Positions 24,478 through 34,565 of a stretch of DNA of 64,000 nt are shown piece after piece. The notes beneath the pieces were generated by a model. It was not told where the DNA came from and searched no databases. It saw only the letters and a program-made list of their open reading frames with translations. The stretch is from the NCBI GenBank assembly GCA_964646975.1, contig CAZYGJ010000013.1, positions 2,466-66,465 on the forward strand, read 5' to 3'. Made by a program: the position numbers and the translations under genes. Numbering within the stretch: position 1 is the stretch's first letter; every line of letters starts with the position of its first letter. The DNA is from an uncultured Ruminococcus sp. Lineage in GTDB: Bacteria; Bacillota; Clostridia; Oscillospirales; Acutalibacteraceae.

Positions 24478-25621
24478 AATTTTGTGTATTTCAACGTAGT
24501 TAAATTTGATATGTTTACAAAGTAGAGAATGCGTCCTAACACTGCATTTTGGTTATAATTAAAATGTCACTTTCCAAGGCTCCCTTGTGCAAAGGGAGTT
24601 TTTGTGCATTTCATCGCAGTAATGTTTGATGTGATTTCAAAGGCGTAAACACGTCCAAACACTGCATTTAATTCAAGCCTTTTGCCTGCAAAATGACTGA
24701 GGGATTGCTTTACCTCAATGTCTATATACTCACACACTCCACGAAAATTACTGTTTACTTCGTTATTAGGAATGCGAATTATTTTTAAGCTATACTCTTT
24801 AAGAAATTCAGAACGTTGTGCGTCCTTCTGAACATTACTGTCCTCGTAATGTTGTGAACCGTCCAATTCAATTACAAGCTTTGCTTCTGCACAATAAAAA
24901 TCTGCAATATATTTTCCGAGAATTTTTTGCCTTGAAAAACGTACGGGATATGAACGCAGAAAATCATACCAAAGATGCCTTTCTTCTTTTGTCATTTTTT
25001 TCCGCAGTTGCCTTGCAAACGGAACTAATTGCTTATTATGTTTTGGTTGCACAGCTACAATCCCTCCGTCAAAAATCTTCGATTTTTGCCACCTCCCTTT
25101 ACACAAGGGAGGCTTGAATTTTGCGGAAATGTTGAGCGAAAAATTATACTTTCAGCTATCAGAAAACTTTTCCACAGCTATCAATTTAATCTAAAGATAA
25201 AGCATTTCCAAGGCTCCCGCTTGAGGGGAGTTTTTGTGCATTTCATCGCAGTAATGTTTGATGTGATTTCAAAGGCGTAAACACGTCCAAACACTGCATT
25301 TAATTCAAGCCTTTTGCCTGCAAAATGACTGAGGGATTGCCTGTCGCAGTAACGTATTATTTAAATATGACATTTTCTACAATAGAATAACTGAAAACTT
25401 TTTCACAGCTATCATTGTTATTGAAATATGAACACTTCCAAGGCTCCCGCTTGAGGGGAGCTGTCAGCGAAGCTGACTGATGGGTGGACACTGCATTACT
25501 TCCGTGATTATGAAGCTTTATTCCCTCAATAATGTTTTTGAAAAAATTTTAACTCCATTCTCTCAACTCACCCTTCCGTCACGACTTCGTCGTGCCACCC
25601 TCCCTCAAGTGAGGGCTTGGT
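24478..25621. repeat. Mosaic REP-like array 5, containing the DUF559 gene
   Basis: Perfect 115 bp direct repeat 24594-24708 / 25226-25340; hairpin repeats on both sides of the nuclease ORF. Confidence 0.92.
24567..25052 (-). CDS. DUF559 (Vsr-like, PD-(D/E)XK) endonuclease embedded in a repeat array
   Basis: ARQLRKKMTKEERHLW..F.RQ..YIADFYC..KLVIELDGSQH..D..R..L..IIRIPN signature; probable GTG start at 25052; ~115 aa core plus a 46 aa repeat-encoded tail. Confidence 0.88.
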   Translation of the reverse strand: MQPKHNKQLVPFARQLRKKMTKEERHLWYDFLRSYPVRFSRQKILGKYIADFYCAEAKLVIELDGSQHYEDSNVQKDAQRSEFLKEYSLKIIRIPNNEVNSNFRGVCEYIDIEVKQSLSHFAGKRLELNAVFGRVYAFEITSNITAMKCTKTPFAQGSLGK

Positions 25622-25623
25622 TG

Positions 25624-25923
25624 CTATTTCTCACCCTTAAACTCGCAAAAATAAGGGAGAAGCAGGGAACCTATAAAAACTGTGGTTATATTTGTGAGCA
25701 TCAACGCCAAAAACGAAATATCCTCTATCACATACAGCTCAAAAGCGTCAACAATTGCAGTAATTAATGCAATTATTAAAAATAAAATCAAAAATTTTTT
25801 TCGTGACACCCTAAATTTCTTGCCGCAATGATAACATTCAACATTCTTTTTATACAAAAGGCTGTTCACATCTTTGTATCTGAAAATTGTTTTGCAATGT
25901 GGGCAAATCGGCAACTTGAGCAT
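25624..25923 (-). CDS. Hypothetical membrane protein with zinc-ribbon motifs
   Basis: CPHC and CYHC motifs, two hydrophobic segments. Confidence 0.6.
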   Translation of the reverse strand: MLKLPICPHCKTIFRYKDVNSLLYKKNVECYHCGKKFRVSRKKFLILFLIIALITAIVDAFELYVIEDISFLALMLTNITTVFIGSLLLPYFCEFKGEK

Positions 25924-25925
25924 AA

Positions 25926-26639
25926 TTAAAACCTTCTGTTTGACGAATATCTGTTGCCGTCCTGTCGTTCGGGCTTTTTGTCGGAAGTATCGTCAGAAGT
26001 TATGTAGTGACGTGTGCGACTTGCCGTAACGGGCTTTTCGGAATGTATTTTTTTCAGCGGAGCATTGTTATACGAATGTTTCTCGCTTACGTTGTCAATA
26101 ACGTGAACATACGGCTTTTCTTCCTCAGGCTCGATTACTTCGGAATTTTGTGTCAGTGCGTCCTTGCTCATCTGCTCTCTTGCGGCGTTGCGTTCTGCTC
26201 TGATAGTGTTAAACACATCGGCGTTAATTTGGAACTGTCCGCTGTCCTGCGAAACGGTAGACGGCTCTCGGCTTAACTCCGACACCATAAGATTGTCCGA
26301 ATATTCAATGCCTGCTTTCTTTGCCTCCATTGATTTTTTGTATTTTTTCAAAGGAACAAAATTAACAAACTTAGGCGATATGAACGTAAAAATGATAAAC
26401 GGAAGTGCAACAAGCAAAATTCCGAGCGGATTGTGTGAAAGTCCGCAGAAAAACCAAACTGCCATAATTATCAATGCCAAAGCCGCAAAGCCCGCAAAGG
26501 TGAGAACAATCATCTTGTTAATTACAACTCTCATTTGCTTGCCGCAGCGAGGGCAAACATATTCGGCTTTTCTTCTGCTTGAAAAAGCGGCTGCATATGA
26601 AATTCTTTTGCCGCAGTACGGACATCTTTTTTTCTTCAT
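25926..26639 (-). CDS. Hypothetical membrane protein with N-terminal zinc ribbon
   Basis: CPYC and CPRC motifs, two TM segments, polar C-terminus. Confidence 0.65.
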   Translation of the reverse strand: MKKKRCPYCGKRISYAAAFSSRRKAEYVCPRCGKQMRVVINKMIVLTFAGFAALALIIMAVWFFCGLSHNPLGILLVALPFIIFTFISPKFVNFVPLKKYKKSMEAKKAGIEYSDNLMVSELSREPSTVSQDSGQFQINADVFNTIRAERNAAREQMSKDALTQNSEVIEPEEEKPYVHVIDNVSEKHSYNNAPLKKIHSEKPVTASRTRHYITSDDTSDKKPERQDGNRYSSNRRF

Positions 26640-26667
26640 AAAGCTCCCTCTTTATATCGTTTTGCCG

Positions 26668-26925
26668 TCAAAACCTGACGGTGCGGATTCTCTCTTTTAA
26701 CGTTTTTGCCGAAAGCTGTGTGATATACACAACCTCCTTGCCGTCCCGAACGCAAATAACAAAGGACTTGGGCAGCTCATACGAAACATTCACCACCTGT
26801 CCCGATTTTTCGGCGGCAGTCAAAAAGTCCCTTGTTTTTTTCGACACGGTGCAGGCATCAATGTCAAACATAGCCACAATGCTCTCGGCTTCAATCACAG
26901 TTTCCTGTCCCAGATGTAGATACAT
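26668..26925 (-). CDS. remB: DUF370 / extracellular matrix regulator RemB (YaaB)
   Basis: MYLHLGQETVI..PKSFVI..SAKTL; canonical position after recF; ATG at 26925. Confidence 0.85.
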   Translation of the reverse strand: MYLHLGQETVIEAESIVAMFDIDACTVSKKTRDFLTAAEKSGQVVNVSYELPKSFVICVRDGKEVVYITQLSAKTLKERIRTVRF

Positions 26926-28021
26926 CAATAATTTCCCCGTTTTCAACTTGAAAAATTTTGCCCTTTTTAAGCTGTTCCTTGTTGGATTTTTCACAGCAGG
27001 TAATAAATACCTGACAATCCTTAATCTCGTTGAGCAGAAAATCCTGACGTTCGCTGTCAATCTCAGACAGCACGTCATCAAGCAAAATCACAGGCTCCTC
27101 GCCCATTTTTTCTTTCAAAACAGCCGCTTCGGCAAGCTTCAGCGACAGCACGGCACTCCGCTGTTGCCCCTGAGAAGCAAAGGCCTTTGCATTTTTGCCG
27201 TTAATCAAAATTTCAATGTCGTCACGATGCGGTCCTGCATTGGTCACACCCGTGCGAATATCATCACGCCTGTTGTCCTCAAACTTTTTTCTCAGCTTTT
27301 GCTCAATTTGCGTCAAGCTGTCGTCAAGCTCAATTTCAGACGATGAAACATAGCGAATTTTTAAATCTTCCTTGTCCTTTGAAATGCCCCGATGATAAAT
27401 TTTTGCCTTTTCGGTCAGCATTTTTACATATTCAAGCCTCTGTTCAATGAGCATTGAGCCGTATTTTATCAGCGGCTCATCCCACACGCACAGGGTTTCT
27501 TCAAGCGACGGACGCTTGTAAATATCCTTTAAAAGAGAATTTCGCTGAACCAAAATGCGGTTAAACTTTGACAAAATTACCGCATTTCTCAGCCTTTCTC
27601 TGCAAATTGCACTGTCAATAAATCTTCGCCTTTCGGACGGCCCTCTTTTTATCAGGTTGAGGTGTTCGGGCGAAAACACAACGGCATTGAATTTTTCAAT
27701 CAACGCCGAGGCAGAGGGCTTTTCAACACCGTTGATAACCACCTGCTTTTTGTTTTGCAAAAACACAATTTCGGCACTTTGCTCACGGTCTTGACCGAAA
27801 AACCTCATCTCAATCTTCGTTTTTTGACAGCCAAACTTTATAACCTCGTTGTCCTTGGCACTTCTAAACGAATGACCTCCGCAAAACAGCCACAAAGCCT
27901 CAATAAGGTTGGTTTTGCCCTGAGCATTTTTGCCGTAGATTATGTTTACTCCGTCGCAGGGAGTGATTATATCGCTTTTAAGATTTCTGAAATTTTCTAC
28001 TTTAAGTGCAATTACTCTCAC
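26891..28021 (-). CDS. recF: DNA replication/repair protein RecF
   Basis: NFRN, GKNAQGKTN Walker A, GPHRDD, SQGQQRS, LLDDVLSE. Confidence 0.97.
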   Translation of the reverse strand: MRVIALKVENFRNLKSDIITPCDGVNIIYGKNAQGKTNLIEALWLFCGGHSFRSAKDNEVIKFGCQKTKIEMRFFGQDREQSAEIVFLQNKKQVVINGVEKPSASALIEKFNAVVFSPEHLNLIKRGPSERRRFIDSAICRERLRNAVILSKFNRILVQRNSLLKDIYKRPSLEETLCVWDEPLIKYGSMLIEQRLEYVKMLTEKAKIYHRGISKDKEDLKIRYVSSSEIELDDSLTQIEQKLRKKFEDNRRDDIRTGVTNAGPHRDDIEILINGKNAKAFASQGQQRSAVLSLKLAEAAVLKEKMGEEPVILLDDVLSEIDSERQDFLLNEIKDCQVFITCCEKSNKEQLKKGKIFQVENGEIIDVSTSGTGNCD

Positions 28022-28037
28022 TTTAAAAAATCAATCC

Positions 28038-28259
28038 CTACTGCTCGACGGTAATTTTTACATCTTCAAATTCAACAACGTCTCCACCACGCAGCTTTTT
28101 GCCACGCATAGTGCAAACCTCGCCGTTTACCTTTACCTCACCGTTTTGAATCACAAGCTTTGCCTCGCCGCCTGTCAGCGTAACTCCGCACAGCTTGAGC
28201 AAATCCTGCAATTTTATGTATTCGGTGTCAATTTTTATATTCTCAGCTCTCATTTGCAA
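28038..28259 (-). CDS. yaaA: S4-domain RNA-binding protein
   Basis: [24 protein letters not shown]; between dnaN and recF. Confidence 0.9.
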   Translation of the reverse strand: MQMRAENIKIDTEYIKLQDLLKLCGVTLTGGEAKLVIQNGEVKVNGEVCTMRGKKLRGGDVVEFEDVKITVEQ

Positions 28260-29349
28260 GCCTCATAGGAACAACAATGTTCAAAAAGCTGTCGCCCTTG
28301 ACAGGTTTAATGATAATCGGTGACTTTGAGCCGTTGAGTATCATTCTTATCTCGTCGGTGTCGGTGTTTTTGAGAGCGTCAATCATATATCTGTTGTTAA
28401 AGCCAATCTCAACGTCCTCTCCGATAATTTGCACGGAGATTTTGTCATTACCACTTCCGTTTGCTGAAGCACACGAAAACTTTATCTCATCATTTGCAAA
28501 TCTGCACCTTACGGGGCTTTGGATTCGCTCGTTATTCAAAAGAGCCATTCTTTCAACAGAGCTGATAAGGCTTCTTGTCGAGATTATAAGCTCGGTTTTT
28601 GTTTCGTTCGGAATAGCCGTGTTATAATCAATAAAGGTTCCCTCAATAAGTCGGGAAATAACACGGTAGTTTTTGATTTGAAACGCAATGTGACGCTTGC
28701 CGATGATAACATCAACATTTTCGTCGTCATCATTCAAAAGCTTCAGAACCTCAAGCTGAGTTTTGCCGGGTACAACAAAGGCTGTGTTTGATTGCGAATC
28801 AACGTTTTCACTGCGGATAGCCATTCTGTAACCGTCAATCGCAACGATTTTGAAAACGCCGTCCTCAATCTCATAAAGCGAGCCTGTGTAAATCGGCTTT
28901 GACATATTGTCGCTCACTGCATAAACCGTCTGCCTTATCATATCACGCAAAACCTTTGATTGCAGGGTGATAACATCTGTTTGCTCAAACGACGGCAAAT
29001 CGGGATATTCAACCGACGACATACCGATAACGCTGAAATCGGAGCTTCCCGATTTTACGTTTACAACCATCTTGTCGTTGATGTCAATGGTAACAATTTC
29101 TTCGGGCATATTACGCACGATGTCAAGAATGAGCTTTGCATTGATAACAAATTCGCCCTTTTCCTGAACTGTGGCTTCAATTTCCGTGGTTATGCCGATT
29201 TCAAGGTCATAGCCCGAAATATTCAGCCTGTCGTCCTCGCCTTTTATCAGCACACCCTCCAATGCGGGAATGGAGGCTTTTGAAGAAACAGCTCTCGAAA
29301 CATTTGAAATAGCACTTGATATATCTGTTCTGAAACACGAAAACTTCAC
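28243..29349 (-). CDS. dnaN: DNA polymerase III beta clamp
   Basis: 368 aa; [26 protein letters not shown]. Confidence 0.96.
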   Translation of the reverse strand: MKFSCFRTDISSAISNVSRAVSSKASIPALEGVLIKGEDDRLNISGYDLEIGITTEIEATVQEKGEFVINAKLILDIVRNMPEEIVTIDINDKMVVNVKSGSSDFSVIGMSSVEYPDLPSFEQTDVITLQSKVLRDMIRQTVYAVSDNMSKPIYTGSLYEIEDGVFKIVAIDGYRMAIRSENVDSQSNTAFVVPGKTQLEVLKLLNDDDENVDVIIGKRHIAFQIKNYRVISRLIEGTFIDYNTAIPNETKTELIISTRSLISSVERMALLNNERIQSPVRCRFANDEIKFSCASANGSGNDKISVQIIGEDVEIGFNNRYMIDALKNTDTDEIRMILNGSKSPIIIKPVKGDSFLNIVVPMRLANES

Positions 29350-29586
29350 GCAGTGAAACCTCTCTTCTTTATATCATAATAATTATAGTAGTAGTAATAG
29401 GCAATGTTAAAATGTAGCAAAACCTCGAAAAACGGCTTGAACATTTCAAAAATCCGTCCACAAAACTTAAAGTCAAAATGTTTGAGTTTGTGAAATAAAA
29501 TTCAACAAAAATCAACATTCAACATTGAGTTAAAAGATGTGGAGATAATGTTAATGAAAATGTTAAAATTTTCAAGAGAATAAAAG
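29350..29586. other. Probable oriC unwinding region (dnaA-dnaN spacer)
   Basis: DnaA-trio run (minus strand CCTATTACTACTACTAT, ~29385-29401) beside an AT-rich tract; no canonical TTATCCACA boxes, but repeated WWTYAACA-like motifs. Confidence 0.7.
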
Positions 29587-30912
29587 CTATCTGTCACGGA
29601 TATTTTTGATGGTATCCTCAATAAGCTCCTTAACCTTTGTGTCCTTTTCCATCATCTTTTGAACCTTTTGCAGGGTATAGATGATTGTTGAATAGTGGCG
29701 GTTGCCGAATTCCTCACCGATGGCAACCATCGACAGGGTGGTCATTTCTCTTGTAATATAGATAGCAATGTGCCTTGCATTGCTGATGTTTGAGCTTCTG
29801 TTTTTTTGCGAGCGAATCTCGTCCGAGGAAATGCCGTAGGTTCTTGCAACCTCGTCAATGATTTTTTCCACGGTAACCTCAGGCGGAACGTCGTTGTTGA
29901 GAATGTCAGAAATAACCTCCTGAGCGGTGGAGAGCGTGGGCTTTTCGTTGTTTAAAAGCGACTTTGCCTTCAGCTTTTTCACCGTACCCTCAAGCTGGCG
30001 AATGTTTGACTTAATTCGTGATGCAATAAAGTTGCACACCTCGTCCGAAATTTCAATTCCGTCAAGCTCTGCCTTGCGTTTGATGATAGCAGTTCTTGTT
30101 TCAACATCGGGAGGCTGAATATCCGCAATAAGTCCTTGCTCAAAGCGTGAACGCAGACGGTCGTCAAGTGTTTTGATTTCAACGGGAGGACGGTCTGACG
30201 TAAGCACAATTTGCTTTTTGGCTTCATACAGGGTGTTAAAGGTGTGGAAAAACTCCTCCTGAGTGCTTTCCTTGCCGCCGATAAACTGAACGTCGTCCAC
30301 CAACAAAACATCGGCTTGTCTGTATTTTTGTCTGAACTCAATCATTTTGCCCAGCTTCAGAGATTCGATAAGCTCGTTTGTAAAGTCATCGCCCTTTATG
30401 TAGCAAATTTCCTTGTTTGGATAGGTTCTTTTGATTTCGTTGCCGATAGCGTAAAGCAGGTGAGTTTTGCCCAAGCCCGAATTGCCGTGCAAAAACAACG
30501 GGTTGTATGAATTTGACGGGTTTGTGGCAACGGAAAGACAGGCGGCGTGAGCAAACCTGTTTGATGAGCCTACAATAAAGGTATCAAAGGTGTATTCGTA
30601 GGTTGTGTCCTCAACCTTTTCTTCAGCCTTTGGTTTTGCGGTGTCGCTGTCGTCAAGCTCATCGGGAGTTTGTAACGCAATTATAAATTTATTCTGAAAA
30701 ATTGCCTCAAACGCTTTATTTAAAAGTGGAATATAGCAACGAGTGATTGTTTGACGGTGGAAATCATTAGGCACAAGAAGATAAGCTGTGTTTGATGAAA
30801 AATCAAGCCTTACGGGTTTAATTCTGCTTATCCAAGTGTTATATGCGACGTCGGTAATTTCATTTTTCAAATATGAGCAAATCAGCTCCCAAGCGTCCTG
30901 AAATGAATCCAT
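29587..30912 (-). CDS. dnaA: Chromosomal replication initiator DnaA
   Basis: YTFDTFIVG, NPLFLHGNSGLGKTHL, LLVDDVQF, RLRSRF, NIRQLEG. Confidence 0.98.
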   Translation of the reverse strand: MDSFQDAWELICSYLKNEITDVAYNTWISRIKPVRLDFSSNTAYLLVPNDFHRQTITRCYIPLLNKAFEAIFQNKFIIALQTPDELDDSDTAKPKAEEKVEDTTYEYTFDTFIVGSSNRFAHAACLSVATNPSNSYNPLFLHGNSGLGKTHLLYAIGNEIKRTYPNKEICYIKGDDFTNELIESLKLGKMIEFRQKYRQADVLLVDDVQFIGGKESTQEEFFHTFNTLYEAKKQIVLTSDRPPVEIKTLDDRLRSRFEQGLIADIQPPDVETRTAIIKRKAELDGIEISDEVCNFIASRIKSNIRQLEGTVKKLKAKSLLNNEKPTLSTAQEVISDILNNDVPPEVTVEKIIDEVARTYGISSDEIRSQKNRSSNISNARHIAIYITREMTTLSMVAIGEEFGNRHYSTIIYTLQKVQKMMEKDTKVKELIEDTIKNIRDR

Positions 30913-31015
30913 TTTTATCCCTTCCTTCAGTTTATTCGGCTGTCAAAGCAAAAAATTCAACAGCTTGATAAATCCCTTAATTCTATAAATTAAGCCTAAA
31001 ATACCATTCTTTTAT

Positions 31016-31044
31016 ATTATACTATATTATTGCAAGAATTGCAA
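31016..31044 (-). promoter_or_regulatory. Sigma-A promoter of dnaA
   Basis: Minus strand TTGCAA-17 bp-TATAAT. Confidence 0.6.
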
Positions 31045-31189
31045 GCGGTTTTAAGCAATGACTAAATTTGCGAAAAACGGCATAAACAGTGGATTTTTCG
31101 GCATATTTAAATTAAAAAATTTCAGATATTTTTCACTTGACATTTTGTAAGTATGAATATAGAATAAATTGTGAATGTGAGGTTTTGAT

Positions 31190-31969
31190 ATGAAACATTT
31201 TAAAAATATTATTTCGGCGGCTGTTGTAATGACGATGTTATTTTCATTTTCCGCCTGCAGCGAGAGTAATTCAAGCTCAAAAACAGAAGAAACCACAGCA
31301 GAACAGCAGACAACTGCGGTGATAACGTATGAAAAAGAAGCCGATTTGACAAAGCTGCACAAATATGACCTAAACGGCGACGATTTTGCGGGAATGTGGA
31401 AAATAACCGAGGGAGTAGGGGACAGCCTTGAAAGCTTTATCTTTGGCTTTGACGGCAACAAAATGGCTTATCTGATGATTGACAATATCGGCTACATCGG
31501 CAAATACAGCTTTGGCGAAAAGGACGGTGAAAAGACCTTTAACACTCAGCTTTTGTTCGGCTTGGACGGCACATATACCTATAAATTCAGCGACGACAAA
31601 GCAACGGTTGAGCTTGTAAATGTTGAAGACCAAACAAAAACCGTTATGCAAAAAATTGACAATTTCAGCAGTATTCCCACAGCAAAGGAAAATCCGAAAA
31701 TCGACGAAGAATTGTTGGGTGCGTGGATGTCAAGCTTTGGAGAATATCTGTATTTTGACAAAAACGGAATAATGTACGATTCGTTCAGCTTCCAATATAC
31801 ATTCAGTAATTATAATGCGGAAAACGGCGTGATTACTTCAACATATAAAATGAAGCAGGACATTGAAGATGAGTATGAATATAAAATTGACGGCGATGTG
31901 CTGACGTTTAATAATGACACCTTTATGCGTATTTCTGCCGAAGAAATTTATGATACCTATTCTCTGTAA
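31190..31969 (+). CDS. Hypothetical lipoprotein
   Basis: Lipobox FSAC; promoter TTGACA-17-TAGAAT at 31137-31165; two similar internal ~110 aa domains. Confidence 0.72.
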   Translation: MKHFKNIISAAVVMTMLFSFSACSESNSSSKTEETTAEQQTTAVITYEKEADLTKLHKYDLNGDDFAGMWKITEGVGDSLESFIFGFDGNKMAYLMIDNIGYIGKYSFGEKDGEKTFNTQLLFGLDGTYTYKFSDDKATVELVNVEDQTKTVMQKIDNFSSIPTAKENPKIDEELLGAWMSSFGEYLYFDKNGIMYDSFSFQYTFSNYNAENGVITSTYKMKQDIEDEYEYKIDGDVLTFNNDTFMRISAEEIYDTYSL

Positions 31970-31981
31970 AAAAACAAATAT

Positions 31982-32580
31982 TTGCATTTTTGTGCATTTT
32001 TGTGCATTTCACCGCAGTAATCTTCGATATGTTTTCAAAGTAGTGAACACGTCTTGATACTGCATTTAATTCAAACGTTTTTGTGCATTTCAACGTAGTT
32101 AAATTTGATATGTTTACAAAGTAGTGAACACGTCCTAATACTGCATTTAAGTTATAATTTAGATGTCACTTTCCAAGGCTCCCTTGTGCAAAGGGAGCTG
32201 TCAGCGTAGCTGACTGAGGGATTGCCTGTCACAGTAGCGTATTATTTAAATATAACATTTCCTACAATAGAATAACTGAAAACTTTTTCACAGCTATCAT
32301 TGTTACTAAAATATGAACACTTCCAAGGCTCCCTTGTGCAAAGGGAGTTTTTGTGCATTTCAACGTAGTTAAATTTGATATGTTTTCAAAGTAGCGAACA
32401 CATCCGCACACTGCATTTTATTCAAGCATTTTTGCTTGCAAATGACTGAGGGATTGCCTGTCGCAGTAGCATATTATTTAAATATAACATTTCCTCAGCT
32501 CACCCTTCCGTCACGACTTCGTCGTGCCACCCTCCCTCAAGTGAGGGCTTGGTGCGTGCGAAAGCTTTTGATTTTGAAAA
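31982..32580. repeat. Mosaic REP-like array 6
   Basis: Tandem ~80 bp modules, hairpin repeats near 32177-32224, 32327 and 32499-32548; lies between convergent genes. Confidence 0.9.
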
Positions 32581-32727
32581 TTAACATTCATTAAAACTTC
32601 ACCTTTATTCCGATAAAAACAGGGAACGGCACAAAACCGTTCCCTTTAACTTTAGGTTTATAAAAATATGGGCTTTTCAGAATTTTATGTTCAGCAACAA
32701 AGCGTCAAATTACAAAATCAGCTTCAC

Positions 32728-33633
32728 TTAACGGGCAAAAATTTTAAACAATTTCAGGCAGGAGGTAGCTAAGTCCACCTTGCCGAGTGCAAGAAAATTG
32801 TCGTTGTTGTCATAAACTCTGAGCAAGGTTGAGTCGGGCAGGGCTTTGTTTCTAAGCTGAGTTCTCGAAAGGTCAATAGCACCGCCGTTTGAAAACCTCC
32901 TTGTCTGAGCTTCGGAAATTTTCACCCTGTCATACGTCATAAACAAGCCGTCAATCGGCTTCAAAACACTTTCAAGCTCGCCGTTTTGAGCAAGCTCTTT
33001 TGCTTTTTCAAGAGTGATACAGCTTTCAATGTCAAAGCCGCAGGCCTTTGTCCTTACAAGGTCGGTCATAATCGCACCCGTCTGCAAAAGCTTGCCCATA
33101 TCGTCAATTATCGTGCGAATATAGGTGCCTTTTGAGCAAGAAATTTTGAATTTGCCCTCTTGCTTTTTCTCATCAAAATCAAGAAGCTCAATATCATACA
33201 CCGTGACCCTGCGACTTTTTCGTTCAACCTCAATGCCTTGTCTGGCAAGGTCATAGAGCCGTTGACCGTTGATTTGCACCGCCGAAAACATCGGAGGAAG
33301 CTGTTCAATCTCGCCCTTAAAGGTAAGCAAAGCATTTTTAACGCTGTCAAGGTCGGCTTTTTTGTCAAATTCAGCGTTGATTTCTCCCCAAGCATCAAGT
33401 GTGTTTGAGGTAAGACCGAGCTTAAAATGTGCAACATAGGTTTTGTCGTGGTTTATGATAAGGTCTTGAGCCTTTGTTGCAGAGCCGAGCAAAATCGGCA
33501 AAACCCCCGTTGCGTTGGGGTCAAGCGTGCCTGTGTGTCCTGCCTTTTTTTGATTTGCAAGCCTCCGCATTACGGCAACCACATCAAATGAGGTAAAATC
33601 CTTTGGCTTGTCAATGAGAATCAATCCGTTCAT
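32728..33633 (-). CDS. truB: tRNA pseudouridine(55) synthase
   Basis: GHTGTLDPNATGVL, PPMFSA, CSKGTYIRT; ATG at 33633. Confidence 0.96.
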   Translation of the reverse strand: MNGLILIDKPKDFTSFDVVAVMRRLANQKKAGHTGTLDPNATGVLPILLGSATKAQDLIINHDKTYVAHFKLGLTSNTLDAWGEINAEFDKKADLDSVKNALLTFKGEIEQLPPMFSAVQINGQRLYDLARQGIEVERKSRRVTVYDIELLDFDEKKQEGKFKISCSKGTYIRTIIDDMGKLLQTGAIMTDLVRTKACGFDIESCITLEKAKELAQNGELESVLKPIDGLFMTYDRVKISEAQTRRFSNGGAIDLSRTQLRNKALPDSTLLRVYDNNDNFLALGKVDLATSCLKLFKIFAR

Positions 33634-34565
33634 AATATAGCTTCCGCCGCCGCCGCAAGCATTGCACGCACTTCGTTCAGCTCGCCCTTGATTGAACAGC
33701 CTGCCGCCGCAGAATGTCCGCCTCCGCCGAATGCTTCGCAAAACTCGGCAGCGTTCACATTATCGTTTGTACGCACCGAAATTTTAAACACGCCGCCCTC
33801 TTTTTCTCGCATAGTAATGCCGATTAGCACGCCCTCAATCTGACGGGGAACAGAAGCAAGCCCCTCCAGCTCGTCATCGCTGATGTTAAGAGCATTTTGC
33901 ATAGCCAGCGTGGTGTAAATAATCGCACATTTGCCGTTTGCACAGTAGAGCATATTTTCATACACCGCACGTTCAAGGCGAACCTTTGCCTTTGATTTGG
34001 TTTCAAACATCACCTTGTTGATGTACTCTGTGTCACAGCCGATGTCCATAAGCTCGGCGGCGATTTTGAGCGTTGACGAAGTGGTGTTTGTGTAGCGAAA
34101 ACAGCCCGTGTCCGTTGAAATTCCCGTGTAAAGGCAGTTTGCAATCTGCTTTGTAATTTTGACGTTGAGAGCCAAAATCAGCTTAAAAATAATCTCACAG
34201 TTTGCCGCCGCCTTTGCGTCAACAAATTTTATATCGGCGTTGACCTTGTTTGTCATATGGTGGTCAATGCACAAGTTGATTTTCCCCTCATATGCTTCTC
34301 TGTTTGAGCCAAGCAGCTTTTCGTCGGCAACATCTGTGCTGATGATTGTTTGAGTCTCAAAATCCTGATTTTCAACGCCGTCTGTCAAAAATTGAAAATT
34401 GCGGGGAATATTTGTGGTAATAACCCTTGCATTTTTGCCTGCCTGTTGAAGTGCAAGGCAAAGAGCAAATCCGCTGCCGAGAGTGTCGCCATCGGGATAT
34501 GCGTGGGTGAGAATTTCATAGTTGTCGTGCAAAAGCAAAAAATCTGCAATCTCAGTTATCGTCAT
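33630..34565 (-). CDS. nrnA: DHH/DHHA1 phosphoesterase (NrnA-like)
   Basis: HAYPDGD, IDHH, TDTG, GGGGH..AAG motifs. Confidence 0.88.
   Translation of the reverse strand: MTITEIADFLLLHDNYEILTHAYPDGDTLGSGFALCLALQQAGKNARVITTNIPRNFQFLTDGVENQDFETQTIISTDVADEKLLGSNREAYEGKINLCIDHHMTNKVNADIKFVDAKAAANCEIIFKLILALNVKITKQIANCLYTGISTDTGCFRYTNTTSSTLKIAAELMDIGCDTEYINKVMFETKSKAKVRLERAVYENMLYCANGKCAIIYTTLAMQNALNISDDELEGLASVPRQIEGVLIGITMREKEGGVFKISVRTNDNVNAAEFCEAFGGGGHSAAAGCSIKGELNEVRAMLAAAAEAIL

Noticed and set aside
25053-25106. N-terminal extension MCKGRWQKSKIFDGGIVA of the DUF559 ORF
   Set aside because: It is a translation of the upstream hairpin repeat; the GTG at 25052 has a proper SD.
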